A stretch of 64,000 nucleotides of DNA from Candidatus Bathyarchaeia archaeon (GTDB lineage Archaea; Thermoproteota; Bathyarchaeia; Bathyarchaeales; Bathycorpusculaceae), in assembly GCA_038883775.1 (NCBI GenBank), contig JAVZLM010000007.1, positions 32,001-96,000 on the forward strand, in the 5' to 3' direction. The notes under the pieces were generated by a model. That model was not told where the DNA came from. It saw only the letters and a list, made by a program, of their open reading frames with translations, and did not search any database. Position numbers and translations under genes: made by a program. Positions 30,235-40,460 of this stretch are shown piece after piece (position 1 is the first letter of the stretch; each line of letters starts with the position of its first letter).

Positions 30235-32067
30235 ATGGAGCCAAAATTCATCCTAGCAACAGACGTGGGAAGCACCACAACCAAAGCCAGATTCTTCGGA
30301 AAAATTAGGGGCGACTGGAAATTTCTATCCAGCGGAGAAGCACCAACAACAGTTGAAAAACCAGTAGAAGACGTTACAATGGGGATAAGAAACGCCGTAA
30401 GAGAAGTGGAAGAGCTTACAGGGCATAAGATAATAGACTACGAAAGCGAAGAATTGCGGTTCCTAATGCCTCACAAAGGAGGAAACACTGGAATAGACGT
30501 TTACGTCTCAACAAGCAGCGCAGGCGGAGGGCTCCAAATGCTCGTTCAAGGAGTTGTAAAAAGCATAACCGCAGAAAGCGCCCAAAGGGCAGCTCTCGGA
30601 GCTGGAGCCATAGTAATGGATGTTCTTTCCGTAGATGATGAGCGAGACACTTACGAGAAAATCAATACTTTAAGGTTTCTAAGACCGGACATAGTACTGC
30701 TTGCAGGCGGAGTTGACGGTGGAACAAAATCGCATGTATTGGAAATGGCTGAAATATTGGCCATGGCTAAACCTCGCCCGAGATTTGAGATAGAATTTCT
30801 CCTACCAGTAGTTTATGCTGGAAATATAGACGCGAGAGAAGATGTAAAGAGGACATTATGCGAAAATTTTGACGTAAGAATCACAGACAACATTAGACCC
30901 ACATTAGAAGTTGAAAAAGTAGAACCTGCAAGAGATGCAATTTTAGGATTATTTATGGAGCATGTGATGGCGCATGCCCCAGGATATGAAAAGCTCAAAA
31001 AACTCGTTTCAACAAACATTATGCCGACACCAGCCGCCGAAGGAATGATGGTTAGAAAATTTTCGGAGCTAAAATGTGTAAACAGCATCGGTGTTGGACT
31101 TGGAGGAGCCACAACAAACGTATACTCATATTTTGATGGAAGATTCCTAAGAACGGTAAGCGCAAACTTGGGAATGAGCTACAGCGTAGGCAATGTCCTA
31201 AAAGAAGCAAGCATTAAAAACGTGAAAAAATGGACCCCATTTCCAATAAGCGAAGAAGAAATCATGAGCATAGTCTACAATAAAATGATAAGACCCACAA
31301 CCATTCCAATGACATTTGAAGATTTAGTCATAGAACATGCCCTCGCCAGAGAATCAATAAGAATGGCATTCAACCACCACAAATATCTTGCAAGAGAACT
31401 CAAAGGTGTCAAAAAGGAAAGAACAATCTCCGACATTTTCGAAGAGGTCAAAACTGAAGACACTTACTTGGAAATGTACAGAATCAACTATATAATAGGC
31501 ACTGGCGGTCTCCTCTCAAGGGCTCCGAGAAGAAATCAATCAATGATGATGTTAACTGACGCCTTTCAACCAGTAGGTTTCACTGCCCTAGCTCAAGACA
31601 GCGTCTTCATGATGCCACATTTAGGCGTACTTTCCACAATTCACCCAGAAATAGCCTTACACATATTTGAAAAAGAATGCCTTATATATCTTGGGACGTT
31701 AATAGCGGGAGCTGGCAGAAGTAAGTTAGGCGCAAAAGTTGCAAGCATAACATTGGAGTATGATAATGGAAAAAGGGAAAACTTCGAATTACCTTTTGGC
31801 AAAATAGTGACAGTAGAAGCTCCATATGAGACAACCGTAAAGGTTAAAGTATCCCCTTCCAGTGAATTTGACTTTGGAGCAGGTTTCGGAAGAAACGTTG
31901 AAAAAACTGTTAGAGGCGGAGTAGTCGGTTTAGTGTTTGATGGAAGAGGAAGACCAATATACATGCCAGAAGATGAAAAAGAAAGATTCAACACCATATT
32001 AGACTGGTATTCCTCCATGAACCTTTATCCCAAAGAAAAAATCGAGGAGTGGAAGAAACGGTTATGA
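30235..32067 (+). CDS. GlmL/MutL-like (glutamate mutase L-like) ASKHA-fold ATPase
   Basis: ILATDVGSTTTKA phosphate-1 motif, TSSAGGGL, SAQRAALGAGA, LLAGGVDGG, MPTP, GGATTNVYS, RTVSANLGMSYS. Confidence 0.85.
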   Translation: MEPKFILATDVGSTTTKARFFGKIRGDWKFLSSGEAPTTVEKPVEDVTMGIRNAVREVEELTGHKIIDYESEELRFLMPHKGGNTGIDVYVSTSSAGGGLQMLVQGVVKSITAESAQRAALGAGAIVMDVLSVDDERDTYEKINTLRFLRPDIVLLAGGVDGGTKSHVLEMAEILAMAKPRPRFEIEFLLPVVYAGNIDAREDVKRTLCENFDVRITDNIRPTLEVEKVEPARDAILGLFMEHVMAHAPGYEKLKKLVSTNIMPTPAAEGMMVRKFSELKCVNSIGVGLGGATTNVYSYFDGRFLRTVSANLGMSYSVGNVLKEASIKNVKKWTPFPISEEEIMSIVYNKMIRPTTIPMTFEDLVIEHALARESIRMAFNHHKYLARELKGVKKERTISDIFEEVKTEDTYLEMYRINYIIGTGGLLSRAPRRNQSMMMLTDAFQPVGFTALAQDSVFMMPHLGVLSTIHPEIALHIFEKECLIYLGTLIAGAGRSKLGAKVASITLEYDNGKRENFELPFGKIVTVEAPYETTVKVKVSPSSEFDFGAGFGRNVEKTVRGGVVGLVFDGRGRPIYMPEDEKERFNTILDWYSSMNLYPKEKIEEWKKRL

Positions 32068-33203
32068 AAACTTCCAAGGAAAGCTTCGCTTACACGCCAG
32101 GATTGAAGGTAACCCCATGCACATACATAAGAAGACTGCGCAGTCTTCCATTAAAAGGTGAGGTTCTCGTTAAAAAAGGAGAAAAAGTGAATTTTAATAC
32201 AACGGTTGCAACATGCTGCATTGAAGGCACACCATACATTGTAAAGGTTGCAGAGCTCTTAGATGTAGACCCAGAAGAAACTGTGCGATACATACTAAAG
32301 AAGGAAGGAGATACTATAATTAAAGGAGAACTTTTGGCAAGATACTCATCTTTATTTGGACTAATAAACAAGAAAGTTTTTGCAGAAGTGAGCGGGGTAA
32401 TAGAGCGAATAAACGAGATTACTGGACACTTAACTATAAGAGAGCCTCCCAAAAATGTGGAAGTCAAAGCCTACATTAAAGGAAAAGTTGACGAAGTAAT
32501 ACCCCAAGAAGCAGCTGTGATAGGAACTTACGCAGCGTTCATTCAAGGAATAATAGGTTTTTCTGGAGAAAGATTTGGAGAAATTAGAATAGCCGTATCA
32601 AAACCCGAGGAAGTCCTTGATGCACACATGATAACGGAAAAGGACGCTGGAAAAATAATTGTCGGAGGCGCCCTCGTAACATGCGACGCACTCGAAAAAG
32701 CCTGTAAAGCAAAAGTGAATGGAATAGTTGTGGGAGGCGCCAGAATGGAAGATATAGAGAACATTCTCAAGACAAGGATAGGGGTAGCCATAACAGGTAG
32801 AGAAGAAATAGGTTTCACATTAATCCTGACAGAAGGATTTGGAAAACTGCCTATGTCTGAAAACACATTCCGCATACTAAAAGAAAATGAAGGAAAAATT
32901 GCAGCAATTAACGGCACGACTCAAGTTAGAGCAGGCGTTTTGAGACCAGAAATAATAATACCCTTAGAGGTCAGCAGAAGTGGTCAAAGAGAGAAAGAAC
33001 TCGAGGAAGGAAAAATGAAAGTAGGAAGCATAGTTAGAATAATAAGGTTTCCATATTTTGGGGCTATTGGAAAAGTTATAGAGCTTCCCATTGAGTTGAA
33101 TAAAATAGAAACAGAATCCCTCGTTAGAGTCGTCAAAATAGAATTGTCGGATGGAAGAAAAGTTTTGGTTCCAAGGGCGAATGTTGAAATTATAGCAGAT
33201 TAA
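32064..33203 (+). CDS. Uncharacterised protein coupled to the GlmL-like gene (barrel-sandwich-like N-terminus, KOW-like C-terminus)
   Basis: ATGA overlap with the upstream stop; AYTPGLKV, GEVLVKKGEKV, LTEGFG, NGTTQVRAGVLRPE, VGSIVRIIRFPYFG, VPRANVE. Confidence 0.82.
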   Translation: MKTSKESFAYTPGLKVTPCTYIRRLRSLPLKGEVLVKKGEKVNFNTTVATCCIEGTPYIVKVAELLDVDPEETVRYILKKEGDTIIKGELLARYSSLFGLINKKVFAEVSGVIERINEITGHLTIREPPKNVEVKAYIKGKVDEVIPQEAAVIGTYAAFIQGIIGFSGERFGEIRIAVSKPEEVLDAHMITEKDAGKIIVGGALVTCDALEKACKAKVNGIVVGGARMEDIENILKTRIGVAITGREEIGFTLILTEGFGKLPMSENTFRILKENEGKIAAINGTTQVRAGVLRPEIIIPLEVSRSGQREKELEEGKMKVGSIVRIIRFPYFGAIGKVIELPIELNKIETESLVRVVKIELSDGRKVLVPRANVEIIAD

Positions 33204-33558
33204 GAGGCTTTTTCTAAATAGCCCTTCAAATGTTCTAAAAATTCTTTGTTTTTCTTTTTCTCCAAAAGTTTTAGGACAAAAGTTTTTTCTCTAAACACTA
33301 GGATTATGTTTTCTTCTCTCAAGAAAATGGCGGATAAGAATATTGCGAGTGTTAGTATTAAATAGAATGGATTTTCAGCGTTGAATAGGCTTATTATGGC
33401 GGATATTATTGCCAAGCCTAAAAGGGGTTTGCTAAACCTCCTTTTTAAACCCACTTTAACAAGGTCTGAAAGGTTATACTCTTCCTTCAAAGACTCACTT
33501 ATTACCACTAACTTATCATTTTGAATCATAAATTTCTTCCCCTCTGCGTTGATCTCCA
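33200..33558 (-). CDS. Small membrane protein
   Basis: Two TM helices flanked by beta-type segments; start uncertain. Confidence 0.65.
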
Positions 33559-33704
33559 TTTGCATCCATCTTTTACAGCAATTCTTTACTCTTTTCAATC
33601 TTAAATGTTATAAACCTTTAGAGGAACGAGAGATTTCAAACCTAAACTGTGTTAAACTTAAATTCCAGTTTGTATAAAAAGCCATTTCCGGTCGGTGTAA
33701 TCGC

Positions 33705-35327
33705 ATGTGGGATATATTGATAAAGGGTGGCAAAGTTGTCGATGGAAGCGGCAATCCATGGTTTAAAGCTGACGTAGCAATTAAAAATGGACGGATAGAA
33801 GATGTCGGCAGCTTAAATTCAAATTCTGCGGATGTTATCATAGACGCTACGAACATGGTGGTTTGTCCAGGTTTTATAGACATGCACTCTCACTCCGACT
33901 TTGCCCTACTCGTAAATAGATTTGCTGAAGGCAAAGTAAGACAAGGAGTAACAACCGAAGTTATAGGAAACTGTGGAAATTCGGCAGCGCCTTTAAACGA
34001 TGAACTAAGGAAGGACATTATGCGGGAGAACCCCATAATACAAGAAGCGGGAATCACGTTAAACTGGTCGAGAATGGAAGAGTTTTTCAAAATTTTAGAA
34101 AACCCTGGAATATCCATAAATGTGGCTGCGTTGGTTGGACATCAGAACATTCGAGTGCTCACGATGGGATACCAAAACAAGCCTCCAACAGAAGAGGAAC
34201 TGGAAGAGATGCGGAGGAATACGGAAGAAGCTATGAAAGCTGGAGCCTTCGGCTTATCGACTGGTCTCATTTACCCGCCCAGCAGTTACGCAGATACAAA
34301 CGAGATAATAGAGTTGGCTAAAGTTGTGGCAAAATATGGTGGTATATACGCTTCCCACATTAGAGGCGAAGACGGACCAAGACTCGCTAATTCTGTTAGG
34401 GAGGCAATTGAAATAGGCGAAAAGGCTGGTGTTTCGGTGGAAATTTCCCACCATAAGGCTCATGGAAAATTGGCTTGGGGCAAGGTTAAAACAACTTTGC
34501 AAATGATAGAAGAAGCCAGAGAAAGAGGCGTAGACGTAACTTGCGACGTTTATCCGTACACTGCAGCCAGCTTTGGATTGAGCGCTATCCTTCCTCCAGA
34601 AGTTCACGAAGGCGGTGTTGACAAAATTTTGGAGAGACTTAGAGATGCGGAATGGCGCAAAAAAATTAGAGAAGAAATGCTAAATGGAATGCCAAACTGG
34701 CCAAGCCCCTTCATAAGCGCCGGATGGGACGCCGTAATGATTTCACACTCGAAAAAGCATCCGGAGTATGAAGGAAAAATGATAAAAGAAATATGCGATT
34801 CGCTTAATATCGACCCATTTGAATTCGTTTTCGACCTATTAATTGAGGAGGAAGCTTCAACAGAGGTTGTAAGGTTTACAATGAGGGAGGGAGACGTTTG
34901 CACCGTTTTGAGCCATCCATTGTCGATGGTGGGTTCAGACGCATCTATTCAAGCAACATATGGCCTTCTCAGCAAAGGGAAACCCCATCCAAGAGCTTAT
35001 GGAACATTTCCCAGAGTTATTAAGAGATATGTTAATGAATTTGGCATTTTAAGGCTTGAAGAAGCAATAAGAAAAATGACTTCACTTCCAGCAAACAAGC
35101 TTAAACTGTTCGATAGAGGACTCATAAGAACTGGCATGTGGGCAGACATAGTAATTTTCAACCCAAGCGTTATATCAGATGAAGCTACTTATTCGGAGCC
35201 TCATCGCTATCCGAAAGGAATTGAGTATGTGATTGTTAATGGGAAAATTGTTATAGAACATGGAGAACACATGAAAGCCTTACCTGGAAAAGTTTTACGC
35301 CTTACCATGAAAAAGCATAGGAGGTGA
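33705..35327 (+). CDS. N-acyl-D-amino-acid deacylase (D-aminoacylase) family amidohydrolase
   Basis: PGFIDMHSHSD, QGVTTEVIGNCG, GLSTGLIYPP, SHIRGE, DVYPYTA, HPRAYGTFPR. Confidence 0.92.
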   Translation: MWDILIKGGKVVDGSGNPWFKADVAIKNGRIEDVGSLNSNSADVIIDATNMVVCPGFIDMHSHSDFALLVNRFAEGKVRQGVTTEVIGNCGNSAAPLNDELRKDIMRENPIIQEAGITLNWSRMEEFFKILENPGISINVAALVGHQNIRVLTMGYQNKPPTEEELEEMRRNTEEAMKAGAFGLSTGLIYPPSSYADTNEIIELAKVVAKYGGIYASHIRGEDGPRLANSVREAIEIGEKAGVSVEISHHKAHGKLAWGKVKTTLQMIEEARERGVDVTCDVYPYTAASFGLSAILPPEVHEGGVDKILERLRDAEWRKKIREEMLNGMPNWPSPFISAGWDAVMISHSKKHPEYEGKMIKEICDSLNIDPFEFVFDLLIEEEASTEVVRFTMREGDVCTVLSHPLSMVGSDASIQATYGLLSKGKPHPRAYGTFPRVIKRYVNEFGILRLEEAIRKMTSLPANKLKLFDRGLIRTGMWADIVIFNPSVISDEATYSEPHRYPKGIEYVIVNGKIVIEHGEHMKALPGKVLRLTMKKHRR

Positions 35328-35332
35328 ACAAA

Positions 35333-36583
35333 ATGGAGAAAAAGAAAGAAGAAACAATTTACATAAAAGCGAAACTCCTCATCGACGGCACAGGAAAAGA
35401 CCCCATAACTAATCCGGTGGTTACCGTTAAAGGAGACAAAATCAGCGAAGTCGGGAAAGAAGGAGAAATTGGAATAGTTGAAGGCGCAAAAATTGTTGAT
35501 TTGGGAGATTTAACACTTTTGCCTGGACTAACGGATGCTCATGTTCACATAATGGGAGACAGAAGCTACAGTCCAGCCGAGGACATAATAGTTCCCCACG
35601 ACCTCAAAGTCATTAGAGCTGTTGAAGACTGCCAAAAACTTCTAAAAGCAGGATTCACAATGATGAGAGATGTCGGAAGCTCCATAGCCTTATCACTTAA
35701 GAGGGCAATTAACGAAGGAACCATCATCGGGCCAAGAATATTTGCAGCTGGAAGAACTATTTCGCAGACGGGCGGACATTCAGACCTTCATTACCTTCCA
35801 AGAGAGGAAGTTATAAAAATGGGTGTTTTACTGGCTGACGGCCCGGATGACTGCCGTCGTGCTGCCAGAGAAGCACTGCGAGATGGAGCAGATTTGATAA
35901 AAATAATGTCGACTGGTGGTGTGGGCTCGGAGAAGGATGACCCGCATCACCCACAATTTACTGTGGAAGAGGTGAAGGCTATAACTGAAGAGGCTCACAG
36001 AACTGGAAGAAAAGTTGCCTCTCACGCTCAAGGGGCGGAGGGTGTAAAAATTGCAATTGCTGGAGGAGTTGACTCTATTGAACATGGCTATTTCTTGGAT
36101 GAAGAGGCTGTGCAGATGATGCTTGAGCATAAGGTTTTCTTTGTGCCAACTCTATGTCTAGTAGAAGTTTACAAGAAATCATTAGAAAAACCCTTAGACA
36201 TGCCTCCTTGGAGACTTAGAAAACAACAAGAATGCATAGATGCCATGCCAAAAAGCTTCATGATGGCTTATAAGGCTGGAGTAAAAATCGCTACAGGAAC
36301 AGACTTTTTCGGACCTCCAATGAGAGCCCATGGAGATAATGCTGCAGAACCCATAACTATGGTTAAGTTTGGTATGGCGCCTATGGATGCAATAGTGGCT
36401 GCTACAAAAAATGCTGCTGAATGCATAGGAATCGAAAAAAGCGTTGGTACAGTGGAGAAGGGAAAACTTGCAGATATAATAGCAGTGCAAGGCAACCCGC
36501 TTATAGACATTGAGGCTCTTAAGAAAGTAGAATTTGTCATGAAAGAAGGGGTAATCTACAAGAAGCCACAATCAACCACATAA
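35333..36583 (+). CDS. Metal-dependent amidohydrolase (Xaa-Pro dipeptidase-like)
   Basis: LLPGLTDAHVH, QTGGHSD, GADLIKIMSTGG, VASHAQG, SIEHG, GTD. Confidence 0.9.
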   Translation: MEKKKEETIYIKAKLLIDGTGKDPITNPVVTVKGDKISEVGKEGEIGIVEGAKIVDLGDLTLLPGLTDAHVHIMGDRSYSPAEDIIVPHDLKVIRAVEDCQKLLKAGFTMMRDVGSSIALSLKRAINEGTIIGPRIFAAGRTISQTGGHSDLHYLPREEVIKMGVLLADGPDDCRRAAREALRDGADLIKIMSTGGVGSEKDDPHHPQFTVEEVKAITEEAHRTGRKVASHAQGAEGVKIAIAGGVDSIEHGYFLDEEAVQMMLEHKVFFVPTLCLVEVYKKSLEKPLDMPPWRLRKQQECIDAMPKSFMMAYKAGVKIATGTDFFGPPMRAHGDNAAEPITMVKFGMAPMDAIVAATKNAAECIGIEKSVGTVEKGKLADIIAVQGNPLIDIEALKKVEFVMKEGVIYKKPQSTT

Positions 36584-36587
36584 AAGC

Positions 36588-37676
36588 CTATAGATTCAGG
36601 CTTTTTCCAAAAATTTGAGGCGTCTCCACATCAACGTTCCACCATGGACTACTCCATTTCTTCTCCACCTTTGGCACAGCATCCAAGACGTTTTGGATGC
36701 GGGAGAAAATTTTTGTAATATCCGCCTTTGAGAATCCTACCTCTTGAAGAGCTGCCTCATTTCTTAGTATGTTTTCTAGATTAAGTTGAAAGGTTAGGGC
36801 GAACTTCTTATCTTTTTCGAGAGTTTTGCGCATTTTGTCTGGGTTTATGTTGTTTTTCTCGTTGCCAATTTCATGGTCAAAGAATAATGCGCATATGTCC
36901 TTCACGTCTTTCTCTTCTATGCCCACCAAAAGGCGGTCACTTCTATAATGGGGGTAGTTGAGAATTCGATATTCCATATGCTGACGGGCGAGTTCGTCTC
37001 GGGCGGAGATGGGCACGTCAAAGATGAATTGACACTTGGAAAGGATGACATTTTCAATGCCTATTGTATACAAGTTTTCTTTTTGAAAGTTGAATTCTTC
37101 GCGGACGTCAACTTTGTGTCTAAGGTCCACAGCATCTGTAAATATATCAAGAACCCCGCATTCTAGCGAACCGTCTTGAAGGATTTTTTCGATTGTTCTA
37201 ACGCGATAGCGTTTTCCAGCCCTCATTGCGTTAAATCTGCAGTCGGAACGAGCTGCGAAATGGTGATATCTTGTCCCGCAAATTTCACTGAGCGATAATA
37301 ATAATTTGTATAGGTCTTGGGCGCGGTTTTTAGGAGCAATAAGGTCTATGTCATTTAATTGGCGGAAGAAGGGGCTTGAGGGTTTGTTTGCGCTAGGGGA
37401 TAACATGCGAACTGCTGCTCCGCCAAAGAATAATGTTGGTATGGGTTCTTTGATGGGCTTTTGAAGAGGTGCTGTTGGAAAAAGCTCCTTTATTCTGTGA
37501 GCGTTAAGTCCAGCCCAAACGGTGACTAAACCTCTTTCCATGGTGAAACTTGATTTGTCAACATAATCTGGTATCTCAAGGCTTTTTCTAATAGTTTCGT
37601 AGTTGACTTTTGAAGTTAATGGCGTTTCAACTTCGTAAGTTGTGCCATCATAGTCTTTGAAGAGGATACAGCGCAC
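36588..37676 (-). CDS. Putative nucleotidyltransferase-fold protein
   Basis: FGGAAVR...RQLNDIDL is the GG..V/DxD signature of Pol-beta-like NTases; also LDIF and LSKCQ. Confidence 0.72.
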   Translation of the reverse strand: MRCILFKDYDGTTYEVETPLTSKVNYETIRKSLEIPDYVDKSSFTMERGLVTVWAGLNAHRIKELFPTAPLQKPIKEPIPTLFFGGAAVRMLSPSANKPSSPFFRQLNDIDLIAPKNRAQDLYKLLLSLSEICGTRYHHFAARSDCRFNAMRAGKRYRVRTIEKILQDGSLECGVLDIFTDAVDLRHKVDVREEFNFQKENLYTIGIENVILSKCQFIFDVPISARDELARQHMEYRILNYPHYRSDRLLVGIEEKDVKDICALFFDHEIGNEKNNINPDKMRKTLEKDKKFALTFQLNLENILRNEAALQEVGFSKADITKIFSRIQNVLDAVPKVEKKWSSPWWNVDVETPQIFGKSLNL

Positions 37677-37811
37677 TGTTAAGTTTCCCCAAACATTACA
37701 ATAAGGGAGAAAACAGAAAAAGTTATTGGTAAAGTCTTAAGGCAATTTTTCCATAAAGTATATTTTGCTGAAAATTCTCATTAAAACTAAAAGTTTGGAG
37801 ATGAAAAAGGG

Positions 37812-38753
37812 TTGCTGAAACTTTTCTTCGCATCAGACGTTCATGGAAGCGACATTTGTTGGAAGAAGTTTTTAAGGGTAATTGAACATTTTAAGGTTGA
37901 CATTGCAATTTTGGGTGGGGATTTAACTGGAAAAATGGTTATACCAATGATTAGGGAGGGCAATGAGTATTCATATGAAATTTTTGGGAGACATATTAAA
38001 ATTACGGCAAATCAGCTTCAAGAAGAAAGTACAAAAATAGCCAATTCTGGTTACTATCCCTATCCATGCGAAAAAGAAGAAGTTGAGCGCTTAAATAATG
38101 ACCCCCAAGCCCAAAAAGACCTTTTCAACCGTCTTATGGTGGAACGCATGCAACAGTGGATGGATCTTGCCTCTGAAAAATTTAAGGGAAAATCCATGCT
38201 TTACGTTTCGCCTGGTAATGACGACCGCTTGGTTGTTGATGAAATTCTTGAAAAGAGCGATTCAGTGGTTGCATGCGAAATGAAGCTTGTCCATCTTCCA
38301 GACGAATATGAGATGGTTTCATGCGGCTGGGTCAATCCGACGCCTTGGAAAACAACAAGGGAAGCACCAGACGAGAAACTTGAACCCATGTTAGAGGGAT
38401 TAATGGCTAAAGCAGAAAATTATGAGAAGCTCATATGCAACTTTCATGCACCACCGTACAATTCTGGGCTTGACACAGCTCCGAGATTAAAGGAAGATTT
38501 TTCAGTTAGAGTTCGCTTCGGGGGTGGAGTGGATTTGGCGCCAATGGGCAGCAAAGCTGTTAGGCATATGATAGAGAAGTATAAGCCTCTTTTGGGGTTG
38601 CATGGGCATATACATGAGTCTGCTGGTTTCAAAAGGTTTAGTAGGACACTATGCGTTAACCCTGGTTCTGAATATGCGGAAGGCATTTTGCGGGGTTACA
38701 TTGTTTTCTTGAGCGGGAACAAGGTTCAGGGACACTGGAGGGTGGCTTGTTAA
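37812..38753 (+). CDS. Icc-related metallophosphoesterase
   Basis: SDVHGS, GGDLTGK, PGNDD, HAPP, HGHIHES, NPGSEY. Confidence 0.9.
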   Translation: MLKLFFASDVHGSDICWKKFLRVIEHFKVDIAILGGDLTGKMVIPMIREGNEYSYEIFGRHIKITANQLQEESTKIANSGYYPYPCEKEEVERLNNDPQAQKDLFNRLMVERMQQWMDLASEKFKGKSMLYVSPGNDDRLVVDEILEKSDSVVACEMKLVHLPDEYEMVSCGWVNPTPWKTTREAPDEKLEPMLEGLMAKAENYEKLICNFHAPPYNSGLDTAPRLKEDFSVRVRFGGGVDLAPMGSKAVRHMIEKYKPLLGLHGHIHESAGFKRFSRTLCVNPGSEYAEGILRGYIVFLSGNKVQGHWRVAC

Positions 38754-38867
38754 TTCTTGATTAAATATTAGATTTTCTAAAAAATTGCATAGAAAGTGAA
38801 CTTTTTAAAAAAGGCTTATAAACATATAAATATAATGAAAAAATTGTGCAAATAGGAGAGGGGAAAA

Positions 38868-40460
38868 TTGTCTAAAGCAACTTTTGTAAGAGAAGCCACT
38901 GGGCTTGTCAGAGAATTCGGTCCAATGATGGCACTAATGATGGCAATGAACAACATGATAGGCGCAGGAATCTGGGGACTATCAATAAGAATGCCATACA
39001 CCTACCCAGGCTCAGACCCCACCCTAGCCTTCATAATCGGACTTATTCCAGCCTTCTTCTTCGCCATATCCTACGCATGGCTAGCCTCCTGCATGCCAAG
39101 GGCTGGAGGAGACTACGTTTTCATCTCGAGAACCACAAACCCAGCACTCGGATACGTTGTAACGATAGGAAACTTTCTAGGCAGATGGTTCTCAATAGGA
39201 TTCCTACTATATACGGATGTAACTTTATGGGCTATCGCCTTTAGAATGCTTGGAAAAGGAACAGGCAATACTGCCCTTGCTGATTTTGGATCCTGGCTTG
39301 CCGCTGCTGACCCCACAATAAAAATTGCTTGCGCACTGTTTCTGCTTTTCACTGTGTGGTTGTTTTTGACGATTGGAGGAAAAGCATTCAAAGCTTATAC
39401 AGCAATAATATGGCTTATTCCCATAATAGGCGCACTAGCTTGCATAGCTCTAAACTACGCAAACCCATTCAACCCCGCATCCTTCCAAAGCACATGGGAT
39501 GCGGTCTGGGGCATCGGATCTTACAACGAAATTGTTTCGATTGCTCAAAAATACAATTATAGTCCCACAGCACCGAATTTCGATGCTACAATTCGAGCAG
39601 TTGCAGGAGCAGCCCTTTTCGCCTATTCTGGATTCCACAATCCTGCTCAATGGTCTGGTGAGATAAAAAACCCGAAAAGGAACTTGTTGATCGGAATAAT
39701 AGGAGGCACTCTCATCACAGCCGTCATATATATAACTTTGGCAAATTCTGCGTTTTACGCTGGAGGAGAGTTTATTTCAAAGTATAACTGGGCATACTAT
39801 AAGGGTACAGCATCAGACTTCGTAATCACTCCTAGAATTGAACCAGTTTTGCCAATGTTCGGTGTTATCTTCGCTGGAGGAAACGTCCTTCTAGCATTTT
39901 TGATAGCTACAGCTGGCGCCTTCAGCCTTTACCACGTAAATCCTGCCGCTTTAATGATGGAAACTAGACGTGTATTCTCTTTGGCTTTTGACAGGCTGTT
40001 TCCAGAAAGGTTCGCTGATGTTAGCGAAAGATTCCATACGCCAACTTGGGCAATATTGTTCATGGTGATTGGTGGAGCCATAGGCATAATCATTTCTTCA
40101 CCAGTTTTGGGTCCGCTGAGAACTTTGGCGGGTGGAATTAATGCAACTTTCATGTATTTGCTTGGCTATTTGTTCACTGGACTTGCTTTGGCTTTGTTGC
40201 CGATAACTAAGCCTGAAATTTACGAAAGCATTAAGGTTGAGGTTGCTGGAGTACCAGTTCCAGCCATATGCGGTGTTGCTGCTTTTGCTTTGGGCATATT
40301 CTTCTTCGCCGCAAACGCCCAAGTCATGGCGCCACTGGACATTTTCATATCTTGTCTCGTTTTAGGAATAGGCTTGGCGCTATACATTTACTACGCTTAC
40401 AAGAACAAGAAAATGGGCATAGACCTGAAAACACTACTTAGCGAAATACCACCAGAGTAG
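38868..40460 (+). CDS. APC-superfamily amino acid permease
   Basis: FVREATGLVRE, MPRAGGDYVFISR, GEIKNP, AFDRLFP...VSERFHTP; about 12 TM helices; ends EIPPE. Confidence 0.92.
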   Translation: MSKATFVREATGLVREFGPMMALMMAMNNMIGAGIWGLSIRMPYTYPGSDPTLAFIIGLIPAFFFAISYAWLASCMPRAGGDYVFISRTTNPALGYVVTIGNFLGRWFSIGFLLYTDVTLWAIAFRMLGKGTGNTALADFGSWLAAADPTIKIACALFLLFTVWLFLTIGGKAFKAYTAIIWLIPIIGALACIALNYANPFNPASFQSTWDAVWGIGSYNEIVSIAQKYNYSPTAPNFDATIRAVAGAALFAYSGFHNPAQWSGEIKNPKRNLLIGIIGGTLITAVIYITLANSAFYAGGEFISKYNWAYYKGTASDFVITPRIEPVLPMFGVIFAGGNVLLAFLIATAGAFSLYHVNPAALMMETRRVFSLAFDRLFPERFADVSERFHTPTWAILFMVIGGAIGIIISSPVLGPLRTLAGGINATFMYLLGYLFTGLALALLPITKPEIYESIKVEVAGVPVPAICGVAAFALGIFFFAANAQVMAPLDIFISCLVLGIGLALYIYYAYKNKKMGIDLKTLLSEIPPE

